Positions 23,699-37,039 of a stretch of 64,000 nt of DNA are shown here, piece after piece. Source of the DNA: Macrostomum lignano (Eukaryota); the NCBI GenBank assembly GCA_002269645.1, contig NIVC01004039.1:55803-119802 (forward strand), given 5' to 3'. Every line of letters begins with the position of its first letter. The first letter of the stretch is position 1. The notes beneath the pieces are model-generated. The model saw nothing but the letters and a program-made list of their open reading frames with translations. It was not told where the DNA came from and ran no database searches. The position numbers and the translations under genes are program-made.

Positions 23699-26600
23699 TC
23701 ATTCATTCACGGCTTCTAGCAAAATCAGGTTCTCAACCGGCCAGCGAATCAAGCATCTCCTGGGTCCGCGGCCTGGCTTTTGCGCGACTCGAACTGTTGC
23801 CAATTTTACTGCTCCGTCTCGTCCCGGATGCACCGCCTCGATAATCCCAATACACCAGGTGAGCCTCGGTTGGCCAGCTTCGCCTTTCACCAGGACGATG
23901 TCACCGATCGTTGCCTCTCGGATCTCGCCGTGCTTAGGATTGAGCCGATGTTCACGCAGGCTGGTCAGATACTGCCGCTCCCAGCAGTCCCAGAAGGTGT
24001 GAAGTCTGGTGCGCATTCGCTTCAGCATTTTTGGCAACGGTAGCAGAAGATCCGGCGCGCAACTAGAAGTAGGTTCCGCTGTCAGCCGCTGCAACACCAG
24101 GAAGTGTGTTGCGGTGTCAGAACTTCTCCTTCGGGCTCGGCATCCACGTAGAGCAGAGGGCGGCTGTTGAGCACCGCCTCCACCCCATGAGCAGTGTCAG
24201 CAGTTCGTCCAGTGTTAGACTTGCATTCAGAAGGGTTTTGCGCAGCGCCAGTTTGATGTCCTTAATCAGTCGCTCCTAGAAGCCGCCTTTCCAGGGTGCG
24301 CGTTCGGTGATGAACTGCCAGGTAATCTTCCGAGCGGCGCAGGACTCCTGAACCTTTTGACTCTCCGATGCTTGTAAATCCGCGCGGCTTTGACGAATGT
24401 CTTAGCGTTATCGCTGATGAGACTAGGGATACCTCTCCTTGCACAGAATCTCCTTAGGGCTCTTAAGAAGGTCTCAGTTGTTAGATCTTTCACCAGTTCT
24501 AGATGAAGCGCTCGCGTTGCTGCGCAGGTAAACACTAAAATTTAGCCCTTCTCGACAGCAGTGTCTTCTCTTAGTTTGACCGGACCACATTAGTCGAGCC
24601 CGCTCCACTCAAATGCTCTCATTGCTTTCACGCGAGATTCTGGCAACGCAGGAACTTGCTTCACAGCGAACGGGAGTCCCTAACGGGAGAACTGGAACGG
24701 GAGAACGGGAGAACTGCAGACGACGCATTTTCCAAGAATTGCCTTCACTCGCTGCCTGCCACGGATCAGCCAAAACTTCTCTCGCAGTTTGCAAAGGGTG
24801 CTTGGAACTCCCCGGTGCAGAACTTTGCTGTGCGCGTCTCGGATGAGGAGAACTTCTAGATGAGTCTAGTTCGGGATGAGGATGGGGCAATCAGCAGCTG
24901 CACCAACGTTTGATTCTCTCAATCGACCCCGACTTCGGAGCAGACCTTTGCTGTCGATGAAGAGATTCAGCTGCTTTGCGAGGTCCGTAGATGCTGTCGA
25001 CCTTTCAAAGTGAGCAATCTCAGCAGGGAAACTCCTTCGTTGTACATCTTTCAGCCAATCAGGACCATGCCACCAGCTGGATCAGTCTTCAGCTTGTCGA
25101 CCGAAGTGCCGCGAGATGCAACATCGGCAGGGTTCTCACTGCCTGGCACGTGTCGCCATGATTCCTCCGGAAGCAGCCGGCGGATCTCAGAGACTCGGTT
25201 GTGAACAAAGAGCTTCCATGGCTTGTGCTGTCGGATCCAGTACAGAGTATCGGCACTATCTGTCCAGCAGAAAACTTGGCGGACTTGAGGATGTTGACTC
25301 AGGGCTGAAATCACTAGTCTGGCCAGTATCAGGGCACCTAATAGTTCCAGCCGAGGAACCGACAGGGTCGATAGTGGAGCCACTCTGGCCTTCGCCGTCA
25401 CCAGGGTACAGCTGACAGAACCGTCGATGTACTGAACTCGTAGGTAGAGACAAGCCGCGTAGCGCTTTGCGGATGCGTCACAGAAGCCATGCAGCTGCAT
25501 CTCTTGGACCACCTGTGTCGCGAAAAGCACCAGCCGCGGTACCTGGAATCGTGCTTTCAGCATGTCCTGCAGCCACTTCTGCCACAGCTGTTCAGTCGGC
25601 TCATCCAGCGGGCAATCCCAAGCAACTTTGTGAGCACAGAGTGTCTGAAACATTGTTTTCGGCCAAGTCAGTATTGGAACTAGGAAGCCGAGAGGATCAT
25701 AGACACGTGCCAGAAGCTGTAGCATGACTCGCTTGGATTGCGTAGCTCTGAGTAACTCCTCTGCTGGTGAGAACCGAAGCACGAACACGTCCGATCCGGT
25801 TTCCCAGTGCAACCCAAGGACCTTCGACAACACGCCCTCCTCACTCAATGAGGCGGAGGAATAGCTCCCCTGGTCCTCCGTCATTCTGAGAGTCTCTACT
25901 GACAGGGCTGGAGCCAGAATGTCCTGGTCTGTAGCGCTAGCTCGAACTGCGGACTAAACCGCTTTACTGTTGGACTGCCAATGGCGTAGATTCATACCTG
26001 CCTGGCGGAAGACGTGACGGGATTTTTGGATGAGTTCCATGGCTTGCCGTTCGCTTGCACACCCAGAGATATGTCCACATAGATCTCTCCACGAACTGCG
26101 CATCCTGGTCCCGATGAGATGCTAAATGATGTTGAATGACCGTCTTCAGAATCCCAGGTGAGCAGGTGAGTCGGAATACCAAAGCGGCGTAACGAAGAAC
26201 AACGAGTGGCGATTCAGCTCGACTTGGATCCTGTGGCCAGAGAAACCGCAGTGAATCCCGATCTTCTTCAGCAATGCGAATCTGAAGAAACGCCTCAATA
26301 TCAGCTGTAAGAGCGATCGGATGAAACCGGAATGCTTGAAGAAGACGAGGAATCTCGACCAACGAACACGATCCAGTCTCCAGACACTCATTCAAGAACG
26401 AGCTCCACCGATCTCGCTTAGCACTGGCATCGAAAACTACTCTGACCTTCGTCGACTCTGCTTCAGGACGAATCACTGCTCGGTGAGGCAAGTAGTGGAC
26501 AAGATGGTGCGTGCCGTCGGGAACCTCATCCACTATTCCAGCTTCTTTCTGGCTCATCAGAATGTGGTGGTATTCCTGCAGCAGTGCGGGTTCACGGCGC

Positions 26601-27250
26601 AGTTTGCTCAGGTTGATCTGAAGCCTCTTGAATGCCACGTCGAAGTTGTCCGGTAAGGTCAATTCCTCCTCGGGAAGCCTCCACGGCAGCTTGACTGAGT
26701 AGCGCCCATCCTGGAATTGACTGCCTAATTCGAAAGGCCGATGCTCAGGTTCGGATGCGCTGGTAATGCCAATGCCTTCAAGCGTCCAAAACGTCTCCAT
26801 GGAACAGTGGTCAAGGCCTTTGAAGCACTTGCTCTTTTTTGTCTTCCAGTCCTCCTGCCGAAATGGCGTCGGACAAGGAGCCACACAGGAGCCACCAAAG
26901 CTGACTAGCTACCCCAACCAGCCCGGTGCTGATTTCAGAACGATCCACCTGTCCTGTGACAAGGTCATCGAACTGGTCAGCTCCTATGAGGATGCTGATC
27001 TCTGGATGCTGCTCGCTGCCGATGTCCCAGTCTGCAGCCATCTGGTGAAATCAGTACAGCTCCCGCAGTAGGAAGAACTACTGTCTGGGCCTTGGTGACC
27101 ATCGCCATAGTCTTTACTTCGTGACTCTTGACACCCTGCGCGGCCGACTGTTCGACTTTCTTCTTCTCTGAACCCGCCGTATCGAAGGTGCAATAGGCGT
27201 CTTGTCTGCCGGTCTCGGTGGCTGTTCCACTGGCGCAGCGCAGACTGGGA
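23699..27250 (-). pseudogene. pol: Disrupted BEL/Pao pol (PR remnant-RT-RH-IN)
   Basis: ORFs 26811..27041, 25964..26884, 25051..25884, 24266..24535 and 23699..24097 are consecutive pol pieces in different frames. Confidence 0.92.
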
Positions 27251-27734
27251 TGATGCTTTAACCACAGATCTTATAAACACTAGATAGGCCACTCCAGCTA
27301 ATTTATTCACAACACGACGTTTACTCTACTTTCTGCTTAGTAGTAGTAAATACATTTTAGCGTTATTTATATTTAAAAAGCAAAAAAAACAAAATGAATG
27401 CAGTGCAGCAATTGCATTGATTTTAATTGCAAAAAGAAACTTATAATTATACTTTCTACAATTCAAAGCAACATAGTGAGTGCTTTAGATTGAATTGAAG
27501 GCTATATTATTGTAGTCAACTATTGTACATTTAGCAAATACGACCTATATCATATACTCTATATTCGTGTAGCAAAATAGAAAGATTTCTCCTCTTAATC
27601 AGCTCATCTGTTTCTGAAACTTTCGCAGCGTGCTGTCGAAGCACAGGGTCGCCAGTCGCCTTTGTTCAGAGGCAGCATTCAGCACGGCTTAAGAGATGAA
27701 AAAAACTGGCAAATCCCCCTTCGAATCCCCCTTA

Positions 27735-27891
27735 ATCAACAATTAAGCGCTCACTGAGAGGCCTGCGAATATATTATATATTTAGCTCAGTCTCTCGCAA
27801 CAACCACCCCACCATGCGTACAGAGGAGAGGGGACGCTAAGCGTACATACAAACCAGAGGGTGCTAGGCAGGCACACAACTAACCCTAACA
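27735..27891 (-). repeat. Partial 5' LTR (U3-side about 157 bp only)
   Basis: Matches 23133-23290 with roughly 6-7 differences; homology stops at AATCAACAATTAAG. Confidence 0.85.
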
Positions 27892-28265
<374 letters not shown>

Positions 28266-29143
28266 GTAGCTAATCAGTTATTAGCTAGACTTTAGTTTTT
28301 CGGCTACAAACAAAAACCAAGAGCATAGAGCATACTCTCCCTGAAGAGACTGATAATTATATAATATAACCTGAAAATTAAATAAGTGTACAAGTAGTTA
28401 ATAAGTATACAAAAAATTCATGGTATGCTGAAAAGTACGCGTAGGTGAATCGATACAAATAAATGTAAATGAAGCCCTCTCCTAAGCAGTCAGTTGCACC
28501 CCCGCCAGTCGATTGTGCTCGGCAGGCAAACTGTGGCAGACAAATGACAGCATCCCTGTGCAGTGTCACTCAACTCTGCTTAAACGGGGTGTGGCTACGG
28601 TGTACTTTCTGCGTGCAGTTGCACCGGTGCACAGCGCCAGACATATTGGTGCAGACGTCAGCACGATAGGAAATTCCTAATTACTTTTGTCTTGCCATTT
28701 GGGTTCCCGATTATCAACTGCACGCAGTTCCCCCTGCCCTAACTGGCTATTGTGGATCGCTTTGGAGGCAAAAGGAGTCCTGATTAGTGCGACAAAAGTA
28801 ATGATACACGAAAATGAAAGCTGAAGCCGTTAATTCGCGAGCCAAATATCGATTCGAGCATCGCTGAGACTCTGATCCCGTTAAGAAACTGTCCTTAGTG
28901 CATCGATTCGACCCCAAAAACACCCAACCAGCTTAGTTATCTCAGTGTCGCCTCCGGGAAGTTCTTGTCTCTGTTAAATTAACGGTTTCTCTGGTCGATA
29001 TCGATTGATTATTCACTGAGACACGGCGAGATGACCAACTTCTGTCTATATAATAACTCACCTGATCCTCTGCCGTTGAATTTTCTTTGCTCCGCAATCT
29101 AAGAGTCAAGAGTCTGCCTCTAAAGCTACGGATTTTATTCACA

Positions 29144-32100
29144 ATGCTGGCGCTGCTAATGTTGTCGCTTCTTTTACTAGGAGAAGCCGCAGAAATTGCC
29201 CGGGCTCTGCGCCTCGCGGTGCTGGCTGAGCCGGGGCTGCTGCAGCCGGGTCTGGTGCAGCGAGTCGTCGACAGGCGGGTCAACCAGAACCCGCTGCTGT
29301 TCCCCGGCCTCGGCGAGTCCAATCCGCTCACCAGCCAGCTCGTGTCCGCTGACGACTCCGTCTTGGCTGTGCAACAGAGTGAGACATCTATGCTGTTGTT
29401 TATCTATGGCCAGTGCATCAATGCACTCTGTTTATCTATGGCCACTGCATCAGTGCATTCTGTTTATCTATGGCTACTGCATCAGTGCACTCTGTTTATC
29501 TATGGCCAGTGCATCAGTGCACTCTGTTTATCTATGGCCAGTGAATTAGTGCATTCTGTTTATCTATGGCCAGTGCATCAGTGCACTCTGTTTATCTATG
29601 GCCAGTGCATCAGTGCATTCTGTTTATCTATGGCCAGTGAATTAGTGCACTCTGTTTATCTATGGCCAGTGCATCAGTGCATTCTTTTTATCTATGGCCA
29701 CTGCATCAGTGCACTCTGTTTATCTATGGCCAGTGCATCAATGCACTCTATCTATCTATGGCCAGTGCATCAGTGCACTCTATCTATCTATGGCCAGTGC
29801 ATCAGTGCACTCTGTTTATCTATGGCCAGTGCATCAGTGCATTCTGTTTATCTATGGCCAGTGAATTAGTGCACTCTGTTTATCTATGGCCAGTGCATCA
29901 GTGCATTCTTTTTATCTATGGCCAGTGCATCAGTGCACTCTGTTTATCTATGGCCAGTGAATTAGTGCATTCTGTTTATCTATGGCCAGTGCATCAGTGC
30001 ACTCTGTTTATCAATGGCCAGTGAATTAGTGCACTCTGTTTATCTATGGCCAGTGAATTAGTGCACTCTAATACACTAGCTGTAAAACAATAACATTAAA
30101 ATCCTATACTTAATTAATTACCTTGCAGTCTGTCGGTCCAGCGGATTCCACGGCCTCGTGGCAGTCGGCAGCTGCTCTCTGGGCAGCTCGGTGCACCGGC
30201 TGGCCAAGTCCTTGCGAGTGCCCGCCATTTTTGTGCCAGCGGGGGAGCTGTGCCAGCTGGACACTGCTGAGTCTGGTATGTGAGCTGTGCCTGCTGCATG
30301 GACACTGCAGAGTCTGGTATGTGAGCTGTGCCTGCTGCATGGACACTGCTGAGTCTGGTATGTGAGCTGTGCCTGCTGCATGGACACTGCAGAGTCTGGT
30401 ATGTGAGCTGTGCCTGCTGCATGGACACTGCAGAGTCTGGTATGTGAGCTGTGCCTGCTGCATGGACACTGCAGAGTCTGGTATGTGAGCTGTGAGCTGT
30501 GTAGCCAGGTGCATCAAGACCCGTCCGCCAACCCAATTGCAGAGTTCTCATTCGTTGGCGAAGACCATCCCATCGGCCGCATTGGGTCTATCGAAGCCTT
30601 GCTTCGGTCAAAGTCAGCCAGTGTCGTGTCGATATTTTTTGACAATCATCAGAGTGAGCACAGGCGTTTTGAACTCAACTCTGCCGTTCATCACTTTTTT
30701 TAAATGCCTAGGTAATACAAAAAATTGAAAAAAAAACACTTCAGATGAGCAGCTCATTCGGTCCCTGCACAACCAGCTGGCAGATGCGAGCATTGCGACA
30801 GTCAGCTTTCAGCTTGACACCATTGGAGTGAACCTGTCAAGGATTTTGAAAGATTCCATCAAGAAGAAAGTGAAGTTCAATGTAGTACTGGCAGAGCCGG
30901 ATGCAGTTTACAGTTTAATTGAACAGGTAAATTCGACTTCTTTGACAGACTTGTGCCTGAAACTCTGTGCCTTAGGGGTCGGCCATCGTGGTTGTGAATT
31001 GCAAAGGTAGGCGACACGTGACAATTTTTTAACTTCATGATGTATCACCTGTACTGTTGTGGTTTTGCAGGCGGTTCAAGCGGAGGCAGTGCAGGCCCAC
31101 TACTACTGGCTGGCTCTGGACGAGGGGCTGCGGCCGAACCAGCTGCTGCGGCTGCTGCCACCCAACGTGTCGGCCAACGTCATGCTGGTCCGCGGCTCGA
31201 GTCACGGCCTGCTGGATCCGCAGCGGCTGCGGCTGAGCGGCGGCTGTCCCGACGCTCTGCGAGCCGTCATGGGCGACTCGTGCGACCCAGGAGCTGTCAG
31301 CGTGAGCACTCTGGCTGTTGGGACAGCAACTTCATGAGCCTTGGCGTCTGAGCATTCTCATTGAGCCTTGGCATCTGAGCATTCTCATTGAGCCTTGGCA
31401 TCTGAGCATTCTCATTGAGCCTTGGTATTCCGGCCATTGTGACCCGTGGTGGGCAAGCCATTGGGACCCGTGGTGGGCAAGCCATTGGGACCCGTGGTGG
31501 GCAAGCCATTGTTACCCGTGGTGGGCAAGCCATTGTGACCCGTGGTGGGCAAGCCATTGTGACCCGTGGTGGGCAAGCCATTGTGACCCGTGGTGGGCAA
31601 GCCATTGTGACCCGTGGTGGGCAAGCCATTGTGACCCGTGGTGGGCAAGCCATTGTGACCCGTGGTGGGCAAGCCATTGTGACCCCTCAGCCTCCGTAGC
31701 TGCAGATGCGCTCCCAATCGCACTCAGTGAACTCATTTTCTCATCGAACATTCCAGTCTGTTGAGCTGCGCACCATTGACGCAGTTCTGGCCATGACGAG
31801 GGCTTTCCACAGCGTCACAGGCGGCTACACCAGCTCGAGCTCCACCAACGCCAGCTGCAACGGCGCCACTCGAGCATGGCCTGATGGCGCACTGGCAGCT
31901 CGCGCTCTCGCTAAGGTTGTGAGCGACTTGTCTGCATTCCAACACATTCACATCCGGCATCACTGCTGGGAAACTTTTCATTGGAATTCCAGACCACGGA
32001 CTTCAACACACTCGGCTCCCTGATTTCCTACAATGGCACCACGAGGCACTTCACCAGCTACATCGAGGCGGTGTCCACCTTCCACGCCTTCTACACGAGT

Positions 32101-35100
32101 CCGCTGAGGTACATCGAGAGCGCCAGGTACCACCCCGACAACGCCTCGCTCAGCGTCTCGTTCGTCTACAAAGACAGGCGACTGGCTTTCCCGAACACCT
32201 TCGTGGACTTCAAGAACCGAACTCTCCGAGTCTGCGCTCCGGATGTAAGTCGAGAAGGCTTCCTATTAAGTTTGTAGGAGTATTGCTCACCTAATTTAAG
32301 ACTTTAACAGTAGAACAACCTAGAGGGGGAAGAATTCCCCCTGACAATTTTTTGTCAACGCAGGCACACGAAATTCAAGTCTACGGACTAACTTTCTGTT
32401 GCGCACCTTCTCAAACAAGAATCAAGTCGCCAGCCCTCCAGACCGTCGAGATATTCGACCATTCTGCCAGAAGGTCGGAATTTTTCCATAAGCGCTACTG
32501 TTCTCAGTACACCCCAGTGCGCCAAACAGCACTGCGCCAAGCCTCTAAATTTCATCATCACGTCGAAAACATGTGTCTGCATCAGCTCTGACTTCGTTGG
32601 TCACTGGCCTTCACCCTAGCGGAGCTTCTGGACCTTCACCCTGGCGGTGGGCAAGCCTCAACTGCTGGACATCCTCAGCTAGTCTCTCAAGAATTCCGTC
32701 ATCACCTCGATGTTGAATTTCGTGTGCCTGCGTTGCTCCCCCCGTCCGGCGGAAAATGGCTTGGTTTTCCTACTGTTGATCCGGCTTTCCAGTTCCGGCC
32801 GTACACCGTATTCGATAACAGGACGGACGGCAAGGTCACTGGCCACTCTGAAGATCTGCTTAACGTGCTGAGGATCGACCTTAATTTCTCGTGAGCGCCG
32901 AATAATACTTGAAAATCATGATGCTTTCGGATAAAAGAGAGTTAATGAACCGCTTTTGTTGATCTGAATCTGTAGCACCATCGTTTTAAAGCCGCCTGAT
33001 GGCGTCTTCGGCACTCCGATCAATGGAACTCAGCAATTTTCCGGCTGCATCGGAGAGCTGCAGAAGGGAGTGAGTCGTGCTGCGTGCTTCTATTAATGCT
33101 TTTTTTTCCAAAGTAAATTTAAACTGGGGATTTTTAATACAGTCTTTAATTAGTCTTTGTTGTCTTTGTTGTTCCTGTCTATGACCAATCCTCAGCTGCT
33201 CCTGTCTATGACCAGTCCTAACCTGCTCCTGTCTATGACCAGTCCTAACCTGCTCCTGTCTATGACCAGTCCTAACCTGCTCCTGTCTATGACCAGTCCT
33301 CACCTGCTCCTGTCTATGACCAGTCCTAACCTGCTCCTGTCTATGACCAGTCCTAACCTGCTCCTGTCTATGACCAGCCCTCACCTGCTCCTGTCTATGA
33401 CCAGTCCTCACCTGCTCCTGTCTATGACCAGTCCTCACCTGCTCCTGTCTATGATCAGTCCTCACCTGCTCCTGTCTATGACCAGTCCTAACCTTGCTGA
33501 ACTCGAACCGTTGCACTTCTCACAAGAATTCGGATCTGGCCATGCTGTTTGCCATCACGAACGTTCGCTATGCCGTGGTGGACTACTTGGACGACTACCT
33601 GTACTCATCCAACAACATCCTGGTCCGCATACCGCCTCCTGCCAGCAAAATCTGGAACGTGTTCACGCCGATGACTCCGCAAGTTTGGCTGCTGCTGGCT
33701 GCCTCCATCTTCATCGTGCCCTTCATCATCTACCTGTTGGCCTTGTTCAGCCCTTTCTCCGCTTATAACCTGAAACTGAGCTTTGGTTTTGCCGACGAAA
33801 TCTGGTACAAGGAGCACCTCTGGTCCACCATTGGCAGTTTCTTGCAACAGGGTCAGGACTTTTATCCATTCGCAATGTCTGCCCGAATCGTGATGGCTTT
33901 CTGGTGGCTGCTCACCGTTATTATATTTGGAGCCTACACCGGTGACCTTGCGGCTCACCTGGCTACATCAGTCAGCAGTCTGCCGATCCAGACTCTGCAG
34001 GACCTGGTGTCCATGCCTTACTACACTGCTTTAGTACCAAGGGGAACCAACATTCAGACAGCGATCGACATGGCTACGTCGGGACCGATGTTCCAGCTGA
34101 AGTCCATGACTGTGCTGGTGCAATCGCACGAGGACTGCGCTAGGAAGGTGAGGCTCGAAAAGGCAGACTTGTTTTGTTGGCAGCACGAGAGTTGCCCGCC
34201 AGGAGCTGAATAGAGATTTTCGGCAGGCGTAGCCATGTACTCACCGCCCAGCAGCTGGTTGCAGCCAGCTTCTAGCAGGAAGCAGTTACAGGCACCTTTG
34301 TAGTTTGCCCCTCTGTAGCTGGCGCCCCCTCTGTAGCTGGCGCCCCCTCTGTTGCTGGCGCCCCCTCTGTAGCTGACGCCCCTCTGTAGCTGGCGCCCCC
34401 TCTGTTGCTGGCGCCCCCTCTGTAGCTGGCGCCCCCTCTGTAGCTGACGCCCCTCTGTAGCTGGCGCCCCCTCTGTTGCTGGCGCCCCCTCTGTAGCTGG
34501 CGCCCCCTCTGTTGCTGGCGCCCCCTCTGTTGCTGGCGCCCCCTCTGTAGCTGGCGCCCCCTCTCTTGCTGGCGCCCCCTCTGTAGCTGACGCCCCTCTG
34601 TAGCTGGCGCCCCCTCTCTTGCTGGCGCCCCCTCTCTTGCTGGCGCCCCCTAACCCAATCTACACATCCTATCACCCCAGCTACACCCTAGAACCTCAGT
34701 TGCATTCCCAGTAACCCAGCTACACACCCCAGTAACCCAGCTACACACCCAGAACCCCAGCTACATGTACATAACCCAGTACCCCAGAGCTCTACATACC
34801 CTTAGTAGACACTCAGTGTCTCGCGTACAAAATTTACGCGGGAAAATCTCGGTGGACAATTCTTGTACATTTAAATCCCGTTTGGTTTCGTGTAGAGTCT
34901 CAGTCTTCAAAATATTTCCTGAATTTTCAGCTGTTAGCAACAAACAATCCGTACACTGTGTGCATCGCGGATCAGATGTCCAATCTGTACTTTGCTAACC
35001 AATTCTGCGAAAAAGTTTACGTGGCTAAGGAATATTTTAACTTTTACTATCTGGCTTGGACGGTGCCACAGGATGCATTTTACATCGATGCTATGAATTT

Positions 35101-36826
35101 TGTGTAAGTTTATTAATTGTTTATGAGATTCATGATAGACTGTAGATCTTTGAGTCGTTAAGCGTATGGCACACTAATTCGAAATGCTCCCAGATCCTCA
35201 GGCCTCTCCAGCTTTTCGCGCTAACTTAAGGGTTCTGCTGATACGCACTTCAATTCCTCAAGCAAGCCCACACTGTACATTCGTTTCTAAATTTAGGGCT
35301 TCTGCTGATACACGCTTCAACTCCAACCCCCTCAAGCAAGCCCACACTGTACATTCGTTTCTAAATTTAGGGCTTCTGCTGATACACGCTTCAACTCCAA
35401 CCCCCTCAAGCGAGCCCACACTGTACATTCGTTTCTAAATTCAGGGCTTCTGCTGATACACGCTTCAACTCCAACCCCCTCAAGCGAGCCCACACTGTAC
35501 ATTCGTTTCTAAATTCAGGGCTTCTGCTGATACACGCTTCAACTCCAACCCTTTCAAGCTAGCCCACACTGTACATTCGTTTCTAAATTTAGGGCTTCTG
35601 CTGATACACGCTTCAACTCCAACCCCCTCAAGCGAGCCCACACTGTATATTCGTTTCTAAATTTAGGGCTTCTGCTGATACACGCTTCAACTCCAACCCC
35701 CTCAAGCTAGCCCACACTGTACATTCGTTTCTAAATTTAGGGCTTCTGCTGACACACGCTTCAACTCCAACCCCCTCAAGCTAGCCCACACTGTACATTC
35801 GTTTCTAAATTTAGGGCTTCTGCTGATACACACGCTTCAACTCCAACCCTTTCAAGCTAGCCCACACTGTACATTCGTTTCTAAATTCAGGGCTTCTACT
35901 GATACACGCTTCAACTCCAGCCCCCTCAAGCGAGCCCACACTGTACATTCGTTTCTAAATTTAGGGCTTCTGCTGACACACGCTTCAACTCCAACCCCCT
36001 CAAGCTAGCCCACACTGTACATTCGTTTCTAAATTTAGGGCTTCTGCTGACACACGCTTCAACTCCAACCCCCTCAAGCGAGCCCACACTGTACATTCGT
36101 TTCTAAATTTAGGGCTTCTGCTGATACACACGCTTCAACTCCAACCCCCTCAAGCTAGCCCACACTGTACATTCGTTTCTAAATTTAGGGCTTCTGCTGA
36201 CACACGCTTCAACTCCAACCCCCTCAAGCGAGCCCACACTGTACATTCGTTTCTAAATTTAGGGCTTCTGCTGATACACGCTTCAACTCCAACCCCCTCA
36301 AGCGAGCCCACACTGTACATTCGTTTCTAAATTTAGGGCTTCTGCTGATACACACGCTTCAACTCCAACCCTTTCAAGCTAGCCCACACTGTACATTCGT
36401 TTCTAAATTTAGAGCAGTTTTTTTAGATTATATACTTTCTTTGTAGTTATACTCAAACAGTTCACTTAGTCTCATTTTACTGTGTATTCAATTTTTTTAT
36501 TCTCCTGTACTACCAGCCTTACTTAATCTAACTACACCGTTCTCATTCTTACTAAATTTCCTCTTGCTAAAACATCCACCAGCGTAAGTCGAGCCAGAGA
36601 GAACGGCCTCGTTGACATGCTCCGACTGAAGTACTTTCCAGCCAGCAGCTCAGAGTGCTCAAGCTCCCAGCTGATGGCGGAGGCTGACCCAATCAACCTG
36701 GATGGCATCGGCGGATCCTGTTTGGTGCCAGGAGTCCTGTATTTAATTGGAATGCTCATCCTGCTGCTTGAGCTCTTCTGGACCGCCTGTCTGAGCAAGG
36801 ACCCGCTGCAATGCATCATATTCTGA
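29144..36826 (+). CDS. Ionotropic glutamate receptor family subunit, paralog B; 12 exons (29144-29378, 30129-30275, 30543-30653, 30745-30926, 31071-31301, 31700-31915, 31993-32244, 32793-32890, 32976-33069, 33527-34147, 34931-35103, 36583-36826), about 867 aa
   Basis: Exons 2-11 have the same lengths and phases as in paralog A. Pore FLQQG, M3 AYTGDLAAHL, C-terminus KDPLQCIIF*. Exon 10 uses an AAG acceptor. Confidence 0.93.
29400..30065. repeat. 32-bp minisatellite in iGluR-B intron 1, same unit as 14375-15140
   Basis: Same unit; different copy number and variant order. Confidence 0.97.
30245..30500. repeat. 41-bp exon-end/donor array in iGluR-B intron 2, 6 donor copies
   Basis: GAGTCTG|GTATGT repeated six times. 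Confidence 0.95.
31345..31685. repeat. 27-bp + 24-bp compound array in iGluR-B intron 5
   Basis: Same units as 16620-17375, with fewer copies. Confidence 0.95.
32356..32735. mobile_element. 380-bp element bounded by perfect 23-bp inverted repeats (possible deleted DNA transposon)
   Basis: CAACGCAGGCACACGAAATTCAA at 32356-32378 and its reverse complement at 32713-32735; no TSD recognised; absent from the equivalent intron of paralog A. Confidence 0.55.
33165..33495. repeat. 27-bp minisatellite (TGTCTATGACCAGTCCTAACCTGCTCC)n in iGluR-B intron 9
   Basis: About 12 units. Confidence 0.96.
34310..34650. repeat. 18-bp minisatellite (CTGGCGCCCCCTCTGTAG)n in iGluR-B intron 10
   Basis: About 19 units with GTAG and GTTG variants. 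Confidence 0.96.
35210..36412. repeat. About 74-bp minisatellite in iGluR-B intron 11, about 16 copies
   Basis: Unit TTCGTTTCTAAATTTAGGGCTTCTGCTGATACACGCTTCAACTCCAACCCCCTCAAGCGAGCCCACACTGTACA. Confidence 0.96.
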
Positions 36827-37039
36827 CTTTCTATTGATAACAATGTCTATTCAATGCCACCCATAATTATTGAATGCACCGCATGTAAGAACAATGCCCC
36901 ATGTTCAAATCATGGCCACACTTTACTACTTGCTAAGCGAAGTAGTCGCATCGCAAACAACTCTATTGCAAACTCAATAAAGTTCTATCTACACTTTTAA
37001 CGGCCTCATTATCGCCAGCTGTCGTTTGGACCCTCTCTA

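Larger units (their letters stand above)
23081..27891 (-). mobile_element. BEL/Pao LTR retrotransposon, decayed, no recognisable gag, 4.8 kb
   Basis: TG...CA termini, AGTTA on both flanks, PPT (ATTAGGGGGAG) before the 3' LTR. Fragments in order: protease-adjacent ILIGAD..WLLCG, RT (HYLPHRAV..KVRVVFDAS..TADI), RNase H/A17 (LHGFCDAS..PRLELLGA..WTDS..NPADVASRG), integrase (FTCAATRALHLELV..SDNAKTF), and the C-terminal W...YLTSLREH..GRDG domain. Several frameshifts and stops. Confidence 0.95.

Noticed and set aside
34054-34260. Antisense 60-aa ORF and read-through of iGluR-B exon 10
   Set aside because: No recognisable motif; the exon ends at the same AAG|GTGAGG donor as in paralog A.
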